This document shows positions 26,636 through 33,277 of a stretch of 35,751 nt of DNA, piece after piece. Positions within the stretch are counted from its first letter, which is position 1, and each line of letters begins with the position of its first letter. Position numbers and translations under genes: made by a program. The notes under the pieces were generated by a model that did not search any database, was not told the origin of the DNA, and saw only the letters and a list, made by a program, of their open reading frames with translations. Source of the DNA: Dehalococcoidia bacterium (lineage in GTDB: Bacteria; Chloroflexota; Dehalococcoidia; DSTF01; JALHUB01); assembly GCA_049511815.1 (NCBI GenBank), contig JBEKXP010000005.1, positions 1-35,751 on the forward strand. Reading direction: 5' to 3'.

Positions 26636-26755
26636 AACGGGGCGGGAGGCTAGACGGCAAAATAGCGCCCTGCCGGGGGAGCGGTAGGAGTGACCGCTCA
26701 TTATGGCAGCGCGGCCGTGGAACTCGACTGCGCCAGCACACCCCGGCAGGACCCT

Positions 26756-28309
26756 CTATCCTCGCGCCTCCAACTCGGCCCAGATGTCCCTTGTCGAAAG
26801 CGTCTGCGGCCGAATGTTGATCGTCCCGCCGTAGATCGTCAGATGGTGGCCGCCCATGTCCTTTGACTCGGCATTGCTGTAGACACGACTTCCACCGGGT
26901 AGGGCTACGGTCTCAGGGCCAGCTTCGCCGACTTCGAAGAGCCCGCTGTAGGGCGTCATACCGCCGCTGGCATACTTCAGTTTCGGGCCACCAGGCACCG
27001 TCTCCTTTTCGCCACCACCGCCGCCGCCGAACAGATCCTCCAGCTTTGAGACGCCGGGAATCTTGCCGAGCGCGTCCCCAAGGTCGCCCACGTGACCGAG
27101 AAGATCCTCAATCTTGCCACCCAGGTCCGGTATTGACCACTCAAGCCCGGCTACGATGTCCGCCCAGCCCCCCATCGGAATGTTCAGCAGATCGAGAGCA
27201 TCGGTGAGCAGCGGGAGTGTGCTAACGGCGAGATGATCAACCGAAATCCCGAGGTTGTGGGTCGCTATGTCGTAGGAAGTCGCCTTCTGGTTCGCGTTGT
27301 CGAACTCAGCGGCGGTATCGGCCGTCTGCTGGTTCACCGTGGGCAGCAAGTCGCTATAGTTCTGAACTACCGGCATCAGCGAGGTCCTGAGCCCGCGCGA
27401 GAATATCGTGGATATGTAGTCCGCCGCGAGCGTGTTGTCGTGCAGGCCGACGAGCTTGGTCATGATCTGATCGAAGATGTCGATGGTGGGGAGCGCGTTC
27501 CCGTTGGTGTCGAGCATCGTAACGCCGAGATGGGCCATTGTTGTCGCAAACGCCGAAGAGTCGGTCTTCCCCGACTGAGCCGCCAACGCGTAGGTCTGCA
27601 CCTTGTTCGTCAGCATCGTCACACCCAGCTGGGCAGCCCCCAGGGAAGAGTGAACGTCAGCCAACATATTGCTCCAGAAAGCCGTCTCTTCGGCGGAGGC
27701 CTGCGTAGCGTCCTCGAACTGCATGGCGGTGTTCTCGAAGTTGCCTCCGAGTACACCGAGAGCACCGACGGCTGTAATCCCCGCCGCCGCGATGCCCAGA
27801 ATGCCGCCAGCAGCATCATCAAGACTGCCGGAGTTAACCAAGTCATCAAGGGCACCTCCCATGCCCGAAATGCCGCCCACGACCGGCCCGAGGTCGCTGT
27901 CTAGGCCACCAAGGGCGCTGCCAAGTTCGCCAGCGCCGGACGCCGCGCCCCCAAAGCCGCCGCTGGCATCGTCAGCCGAACTTGCAGCACCAGCGAGCCC
28001 CGAATCAGCCGCGCTACCAGCGCCGGAAAGCGCCTCCAGTTGACTGGCGGTCTCATCACTGACGACGCCAAGATTGCCAACTGAAGCGTAGGCTTCTTCC
28101 GCGCCCGCTTGCGCTGCCAGTCCGCCAGCTCCGGCGTCCTGCGCGGAAGCGCCGAAGTCGTCGAGTTGGCCTTGGGCGTCTGCTAGAGACGATTGGTCAA
28201 CCGCCTCCATTGCGCTCTGAGTGTCGCCCAGCTTGCCGTTCAACTCCTCAAGCGCCGCTTGAGCATCACCGGAGTCGGCCGTGATGTTGAGGGATAGGTC
28301 CATAGTCAT
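26756..28309 (-). CDS. Tape-measure-like protein (517 aa)
   Basis: The N-terminal half is Ala/Gly/Ser/Asp-rich and helical. A hydrophobic Gly-rich segment (GGILGIAAAGITAVGALGVLGG) is present. The C-terminal motif GLFEVGEAGPETVALPGGSRVYSN resembles one that, from memory, recurs in tail tape-measure proteins. SD AGGAGG lies 5 nt upstream. Confidence 0.55.
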   Translation of the reverse strand: MTMDLSLNITADSGDAQAALEELNGKLGDTQSAMEAVDQSSLADAQGQLDDFGASAQDAGAGGLAAQAGAEEAYASVGNLGVVSDETASQLEALSGAGSAADSGLAGAASSADDASGGFGGAASGAGELGSALGGLDSDLGPVVGGISGMGGALDDLVNSGSLDDAAGGILGIAAAGITAVGALGVLGGNFENTAMQFEDATQASAEETAFWSNMLADVHSSLGAAQLGVTMLTNKVQTYALAAQSGKTDSSAFATTMAHLGVTMLDTNGNALPTIDIFDQIMTKLVGLHDNTLAADYISTIFSRGLRTSLMPVVQNYSDLLPTVNQQTADTAAEFDNANQKATSYDIATHNLGISVDHLAVSTLPLLTDALDLLNIPMGGWADIVAGLEWSIPDLGGKIEDLLGHVGDLGDALGKIPGVSKLEDLFGGGGGGEKETVPGGPKLKYASGGMTPYSGLFEVGEAGPETVALPGGSRVYSNAESKDMGGHHLTIYGGTINIRPQTLSTRDIWAELEARG

Positions 28310-28318
28310 GTCAGCCTC

Positions 28319-28657
28319 CTAGTTAAGCACCTTACCCGGCGGCGGCGGCGCGCCGGTGATGACGCCGCCGGTGCTCCCGTAGTCGCCCGCATGGGGAAGC
28401 GCGTTCGTCGCATTGCCGATGACCTGCTGTCGCTCGCGTTCCGGCAGGCCGTGTCTTGCCTCAAAGGAACGCCCATCGACCAGGAGGTGCTGGTGTTCCT
28501 CAATCTCGAACTTTGTCTTGGCGTCGAGTTGGCGGTAATCGACGCGCACGGCGCCCACGCGCGGCACAGCGCCGATAGTCTTGATGTCGTCAATGACGTT
28601 GGCCAAGCAGCCCGGCGCCATCGTGATCAAGTGCATGTTCTGCTGTCCCTTAGCCAT
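28319..28657 (-). CDS. Hypothetical protein (112 aa)
   Basis: SD GAGGAGG lies 9 nt upstream of the ATG. The gene overlaps the upstream gene by 8 nt. Its stop lies inside the SD of the next gene. Confidence 0.55.
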   Translation of the reverse strand: MAKGQQNMHLITMAPGCLANVIDDIKTIGAVPRVGAVRVDYRQLDAKTKFEIEEHQHLLVDGRSFEARHGLPERERQQVIGNATNALPHAGDYGSTGGVITGAPPPPGKVLN

Positions 28658-29210
28658 GAGCGACTACCTCCTCTGTGATTCGGCGGCGAATCTGTCCGCC
28701 GGGAAAGCCCTCACGCTCTGCGAGCCCGAGCGCCTCTAGTTCGGTAAGTCTTTCGACCTGCGCCGTCGCTGCGGTAGCGACTCTGTTCTGGCGACGATTG
28801 AGAAGCGTAACACGCTCCGCAAACAGCGATTGGAACTTGGCCTCTGCCGGGCCGATCTCTTCGTCAATCTCGTCTAGTCTTTCACTGTCTACTTCATCCT
28901 GGGCAGCATCGAGGGCGACGTTGAGGTCATCTACCCGGAGTTTCACCACGTCGCGTTGGGCCAGAATCCCCCGCCGCTGGCCGGCGAGTTTGCCGAGCGC
29001 CGCCTCGATCCTTTCCACTGTGCTCTCGGCCTCCAGATCGTCGCAGCCCCACCTCAGGCGCTCCGCCTCTAACCGCTGGCCAAGCAGGACTCGCTCTTCG
29101 GCGTCCACTGACGCGAGCCGGTCCTCAAGCTTGCGGCTCTCCTTCTCTGCCTGCCCGAGTTCTCCCTGAATTGTGCCGACTTCCTTCTCTGCTTTGGACA
29201 TATCCTTCAC
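28650..29210 (-). CDS. Coiled-coil protein (186 aa; scaffold- or Sid-like role is speculative)
   Basis: Heptad-rich, highly charged sequence (AEKEVGTIQGELGQAEKESRKLEDRLASVDAEERVLLGQRLEAERL...). The start is GTG at 29210 or ATG at 29201. Confidence 0.6.
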   Translation of the reverse strand: MKDMSKAEKEVGTIQGELGQAEKESRKLEDRLASVDAEERVLLGQRLEAERLRWGCDDLEAESTVERIEAALGKLAGQRRGILAQRDVVKLRVDDLNVALDAAQDEVDSERLDEIDEEIGPAEAKFQSLFAERVTLLNRRQNRVATAATAQVERLTELEALGLAEREGFPGGQIRRRITEEVVAHG

Positions 29211-29213
29211 CCC

Positions 29214-29636
29214 CTATGGCGTTCCGCCGGACTGAATGTTTGCCCACGAGTGAGTAGCATCGACCCAGAAGAAGACTCTTCCCACCTTCAGATCGTTGGT
29301 TGTGGTCGAAATGAGAGCGACCGTGCCGGAGTCCAACAGATAGACGGCACTCCCGCAAGATTGCTGGCTCAGTGGCTCCGTGTTCATCAAGAAAGGCCCC
29401 CCCGACTGTACCTTGCACTTCTTCACACCAGCGGTTGTACTGGTGATGTTTTCGTCAGCAACGCCACAGTAGATGCAGGACGCCGTGTCCGCGCCGACAA
29501 CGAGATAGCCGGTTGACGGGTCAATCATGACGTGTGAGCCTTTGTAGATTCGCTGGTTCGCGGCGACAAGGTAGCTCGTGTAGACCGGCGAGCACTTGAC
29601 AACGACATCGCGGTCTGCAACCAGTGCTGGGGTCAT
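29214..29636 (-). CDS. Beta-rich 140-aa protein, tentatively DUF2190-like (head decoration/cement family)
   Basis: The pattern IYKGSHVMID..G......GVADENI....G...CKVQSGGPF.......G.AVYLLDSGTV.....LKVGRV recalls DUF2190. SD GGGGAG is present. An ATGA overlap joins it to the upstream gene. Confidence 0.5.
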   Translation of the reverse strand: MTPALVADRDVVVKCSPVYTSYLVAANQRIYKGSHVMIDPSTGYLVVGADTASCIYCGVADENITSTTAGVKKCKVQSGGPFLMNTEPLSQQSCGSAVYLLDSGTVALISTTTNDLKVGRVFFWVDATHSWANIQSGGTP

Positions 29637-29818
29637 CGCTCACTCCCCTTCGCCCGCTCATCATCCTCTCGGGTCTCAAGGTAGCGCTTCGCTTCGGCCA
29701 GCCTTTCAGCGCCGACGGCGATCTCTGTCTCAGAGGCACCGGCCGCCTCAAGATTGGCGAGTTCGTCTTCGGCTGAACGGACACGATATGCCGCGTCTTC
29801 AAGTACGGTCCGCGTCAT
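29633..29818 (-). CDS. Small acidic helical protein (61 aa, hypothetical)
   Basis: SD GGAGGG lies 6 nt upstream. ATGA start/stop overlaps occur on both sides. The longer track ORF (to 30016) overlaps the 78-aa gene out of frame. Confidence 0.5.
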   Translation of the reverse strand: MTRTVLEDAAYRVRSAEDELANLEAAGASETEIAVGAERLAEAKRYLETREDDERAKGSER

Positions 29819-30051
29819 CGTCTGCCCTCCAGTAGGTGCGCTTCCATTTTCTCCGCCCAAGCGTCGTTTTCGGACACGACGACCCCAATCCACGGTTGAT
29901 TGCAGGTGTGCACGATGCTCTTCTCCTGTTCGGTAAGTTCGACCGTCCTCACCGGCGCATCGTCGGCAAGATATCTGTCCGTCGCCCGCCGCAACCCCTC
30001 TGTCAACAGACGCCATGCCTCGTTGGTGATGATCATTGTGTTTCTACTCAT
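29815..30051 (-). CDS. Hypothetical protein (78 aa)
   Basis: SD AAGGAGG lies 6 nt upstream. An ATGA overlap joins it to the 211-aa gene. Confidence 0.55.
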   Translation of the reverse strand: MSRNTMIITNEAWRLLTEGLRRATDRYLADDAPVRTVELTEQEKSIVHTCNQPWIGVVVSENDAWAEKMEAHLLEGRR

Positions 30052-30683
30052 GATTGACCTCCTTCGCTTATGATGCTTTCTGCTTCCTGAATCAGTTGTT
30101 GCTCGGGTGTCGGCTGGCGCCCCTCTGTAGACGGCGCCACCTGCTGGTCATCGGCCAGCACGGTGTCTATTAACCACAGCCAGCACTTCGGAGGCATCGC
30201 GAAGTTCGGATCATCAAGGTTGCAGGCGCCGCCGCCACGAACGTCAGGGCGCGCTGGTAGCGCCCGCTCGATGGTGATGAGCATTGAGTCAATCTTGTCG
30301 ATGGCCTTCGACCGCCGGCTCTCGTTGCCAGAAGTGCCGAGAATGCCTTTGCGGTCGCACTCGATGAGCAAGTTCTCTTTCATGATCCGCCGCTCCGCGA
30401 GCATCCGCAGCAGGTTGTCCGTATCGTCGCCTAGCCACGGCCGGCGCTGGCGCTCCAGGCGAACCAAACGGCGCACTCTCTTGCCCAATTTGGCCCTTAT
30501 ACTGGCGGCATTTGCGGGACTGGCATTCAGGCCATGTTTCAAGGCGGCCGTCTGCCGCTGGGCGAGCTGGACCGGACTTAGTGACGGCGGATTATCAGTC
30601 CGTTTGCTGGCCTCTTTTAGGTTCGTTTTCGCCCGCCTGCTAACGCGTTGCTCACGGGATGTTTGCGAAGTAGTTACAGTCAT
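30048..30683 (-). CDS. Hypothetical basic protein (211 aa); a small-terminase-like or DNA-binding role is speculative
   Basis: The N-terminal third is Arg/Lys-rich. It is the first long gene of the coupled chain. No diagnostic motif was recognised. Confidence 0.55.
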   Translation of the reverse strand: MTVTTSQTSREQRVSRRAKTNLKEASKRTDNPPSLSPVQLAQRQTAALKHGLNASPANAASIRAKLGKRVRRLVRLERQRRPWLGDDTDNLLRMLAERRIMKENLLIECDRKGILGTSGNESRRSKAIDKIDSMLITIERALPARPDVRGGGACNLDDPNFAMPPKCWLWLIDTVLADDQQVAPSTEGRQPTPEQQLIQEAESIISEGGQS

Positions 30684-30707
30684 AGGTTCGCCTTTCGTTC
30701 TGCGCGT

Positions 30708-30941
30708 TCACGTCTGTATGAACAGCACGCGCCCCTTTGGAGCCAGTAAAGCCGCTAATTTGGCATAGACTTCAGGCGCGATGTGCCGGGTGTAAAATGC
30801 CACGTCACGCTTACTCGGCGGGAAGCGTTCCCACTCACAGCGCGGCTCATAGTGAGGCAAATCGCCGGGAGACACTTCCAGCACGGCGTCAACGGAGTTG
30901 CCCGAAGGTAGAGTCCAACTTCCCAGCAGTAGGCGTCTCAT
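30708..30941 (-). CDS. Hypothetical protein (77 aa)
   Basis: An ORF with a GGAG motif 7 nt upstream. No family was recognised. Confidence 0.4.
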   Translation of the reverse strand: MRRLLLGSWTLPSGNSVDAVLEVSPGDLPHYEPRCEWERFPPSKRDVAFYTRHIAPEVYAKLAALLAPKGRVLFIQT

Positions 30942-30955
30942 CTCAGCACTCCGAC

Positions 30956-31002
30956 GGTTTCTGTTGGTGATCCAGTACTATGATGTAGTACTGGCAGAAA
31001 CC
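30956..31002. promoter_or_regulatory. Compound palindrome in an AT-rich gap (candidate ori, operator or terminator)
   Basis: ggtttctg...ccagtacta-tgatg-tagtactgg-cagaaacc, followed by tttttc. Hand count for 30961-31020 gives about 40% G+C. Confidence 0.5.
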
Positions 31003-31092
31003 TTTTTCTCTATTCTCAGATTCAGGGGGTGCCGCTTCCCCGTTTCTTTCTGCCGGAACTACTTTCCTAGTAATAGAGAGCAACAGCATTTC

Positions 31093-32886
31093 TTACAGAC
31101 TCCCCCAGTAGCGGAACGGCTTGCCGCGTTTCCCCTCGCCGCACCTTTGCACCTTGCCTTCCGTCATCAAGTCTTTCAGCGCCCCTTGCAGAGTGCTGGG
31201 CAGAATGTCAGCGACAGCGAACTTGGCGTCGGCGAGTGCCACGTCAGTCTTAGAGCCGAGCGCCCGATACTCGATGTCGAGCTCGATAACCAGCGTGTCG
31301 GGCGTCTCATCGAAGCGTGAGAGGGCATGCAGCACGCGGACGTTAGGCTTGGCGTTTCCCTCAGAGCGCTTGAGTGACAACACGATATCGGCGGCGGCGG
31401 CAAATGCCGTGCTACCACGTCCTGACTCGCCGACTTCCCCGCCGCCCTTGCGCTCGTGGCGCACCTGGAGGACGGCCAGGCCCAAGGCAGCGGCGAACAG
31501 TAGCGGCTCCATAGCCTCAAGGCCGGAGCCTGATTGATTCTCCTCTTCTCCCTTCAGTCCGGCGAATTGCGAGAGCGTGTCCACAACCAGCAGGCGGGCG
31601 CCGACACGCTGGCACTCGGCAACGGCGGCGTCAACGATATCCGGCCATTTCATGCCCTTCGTATCGTGGTAGTAGAGGACGTGTAGCGACTCACATTCCA
31701 ACAGCCCGGCACGGCGGAGGTGTTCGCGGAATGTTCGGGGGCGTTCCTCTGTGAGATAGACAACGGGTGTTCCTGCCGCCTGCTCGCCTAGAAACTCCCC
31801 GCCGTTAAGACAGGCGGCTATCATGCGCATGATCAGGGTGGTTTTCCCGCTGGCCTTCAACTTGCCGGTTAGTTCTGTCACACTCCCGGCGGCAAGCCAC
31901 GGCTTCGCGATCCACTCGACTTGAGGCGAGACTTGGGCGGCGATCTCAGCGCCGGTCCAGAACCGGAGCGGGGGCGCCTCTTTGTTGTCCGCGTTCCCCC
32001 GCTTTGCCGCTTCCTTTTTCCAGAAGTCGGAAACCATGCGGGCGACTTCAGCGGCGGGCAGCGGCGGTGGGCCACAGCGGGCCACGTTCCAATTCAAACT
32101 GGCGTCTAGGGCCGCCTGCTGGCCGTCCTGCCAGAAGCGTGCCACCGAGAGCCCGACAACCCGCTTAGCCTTCTCATGGCGCGTTCCTACGGGCGCGTCC
32201 TCTGCCAGGAGACGGGCAGCGCTGTCGCCGCCGACGATAAGCCCGTCCTCTTCGGACTTGCCGTCACGTGGTAGCCGAACATCATTCGGGTCCGTCAGCG
32301 TCAGCGCGTCTAGGAATTCATCAACTGTCCAGGGCGTGCCGGTGGTAGGGTCAAGCATGACGCGGCGCCCGTTGCCGTTCGGCCCGAAGTAGGGCAGGTT
32401 AACGTAGTTGCCGAAGCCGCCCGCGTCTACGCTGTCCTGTTTCGGGAAAACCTCGGTATCGGCTGGCAGTCCGGCGTCGGCTATCGCCCTTGCCGCCACT
32501 CGCCGCGCCCAAGCCGCCTCTACGGGCTCCCGGTAGAACACCCAGACGTGATGGCCCTTAGACTTGCTTCTCTCAATGAACGGGCAGCAGCCGAGGCGAC
32601 GTAGGGAATCATACAGCTTCAGCGCCTTCCCCCATTGCACGAGGTCGGGCTCCCCCTCAAGGTCAAGGTCGATGCATTCCCAGAAGCAAAGGTTGCCGTC
32701 AGTCACGGGGTAGACGCCAATCGCGTTTTCGCCCGCCAGGTGGCGCGCCATAACTTCGAGCGTCAGGGGTTCCTTATTGCAATAGCCCTCGCCCTCGCCG
32801 TAGCAGTCGCGTCGCCCGTCGAAAAGCGTCAATAAGGCCCCGGCGACCTCGATTTGCGATTCGTCAAGGAAGGTTGATACGGGCAT
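31093..32886 (-). CDS. Replication protein: AEP primase-polymerase, PriCT-like linker and RecA-like (AAA_25/DnaB-like) ATPase
   Basis: AEP motifs CIDLDLEG, SKSKGHHVWVFY and EVFPKQ...GNYVNLPYFG are present. Walker A is GKLKASGKTT and Walker B is LLVVDTLSQF. Confidence 0.8.
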   Translation of the reverse strand: MPVSTFLDESQIEVAGALLTLFDGRRDCYGEGEGYCNKEPLTLEVMARHLAGENAIGVYPVTDGNLCFWECIDLDLEGEPDLVQWGKALKLYDSLRRLGCCPFIERSKSKGHHVWVFYREPVEAAWARRVAARAIADAGLPADTEVFPKQDSVDAGGFGNYVNLPYFGPNGNGRRVMLDPTTGTPWTVDEFLDALTLTDPNDVRLPRDGKSEEDGLIVGGDSAARLLAEDAPVGTRHEKAKRVVGLSVARFWQDGQQAALDASLNWNVARCGPPPLPAAEVARMVSDFWKKEAAKRGNADNKEAPPLRFWTGAEIAAQVSPQVEWIAKPWLAAGSVTELTGKLKASGKTTLIMRMIAACLNGGEFLGEQAAGTPVVYLTEERPRTFREHLRRAGLLECESLHVLYYHDTKGMKWPDIVDAAVAECQRVGARLLVVDTLSQFAGLKGEEENQSGSGLEAMEPLLFAAALGLAVLQVRHERKGGGEVGESGRGSTAFAAAADIVLSLKRSEGNAKPNVRVLHALSRFDETPDTLVIELDIEYRALGSKTDVALADAKFAVADILPSTLQGALKDLMTEGKVQRCGEGKRGKPFRYWGSL

Positions 32887-32893
32887 CGCGCGT

Positions 32894-33094
32894 TTAGGCG
32901 CCCTCCGCTTGCGGCGTGCTTCCGTTCAGCAGGGCCTCTAGTCGCGCGCGGGGGATCAGAATCCTTCGGCCGATACGGAGTGAAGGTATGTCGCCGCGAT
33001 AGACGCCCTCATATGCGCTCCGAACCGACAGTCCGAGGAGGTGAGCTGTCTCCTCAACAGTAAACACTGGCTTCGCTTCAACTGCCGCTACCAT
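32894..33094 (-). CDS. Excisionase-family (MerR-like) helix-turn-helix DNA-binding protein
   Basis: FTVEETAHLLGLSVRSAYEGVYRGDIPSLRIGRRILIPRARLEALL. Confidence 0.8.
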   Translation of the reverse strand: MVAAVEAKPVFTVEETAHLLGLSVRSAYEGVYRGDIPSLRIGRRILIPRARLEALLNGSTPQAEGA

Positions 33095-33121
33095 TTGCTA
33101 CCCCTTCCCCTGTTGCACCCC

Positions 33122-33150
33122 TTGACAAAGAGGCGCGCCTTCTGTATCCT
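33122..33150 (+). promoter_or_regulatory. Candidate promoter of the 206-aa gene/integrase operon
   Basis: TTGACA (33122-33127), a 17-nt spacer containing the palindrome aggcgcgcct, then TATCCT (33145-33150). Confidence 0.55.
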
Positions 33151-33277
33151 GATGCCATGGTTGGTTGTAATGACGCGCAAACACTTCATGGTGACATCGT
33201 AGCAGGTGCTCCCAATCCGTCAAGGGCGGTGCGCGCCACTTGCAGCGGCCATAACGCCAAAACGATAGGGGGCGATT

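Noticed and set aside
28650-28657. Possible programmed frameshift (gpG/gpGT-like chaperone pair) between the 186-aa and 112-aa genes upstream of the tape-measure-like gene
   Set aside because: The 112-aa gene has its own ATG with a strong SD (GAGGAGG) 9 nt upstream. I see no slippery heptamer at the overlap, so independent initiation is the simpler reading.
26863-31537. Plus-strand ORFs inside the island (for example 27233-27904, 28675-29169, 30163-30768, 30898-31320 and 31121-31537)
   Set aside because: All are antisense to minus-strand genes that have SD motifs and start/stop coupling. Their translations are Ser/Arg/Pro-rich with no motifs.
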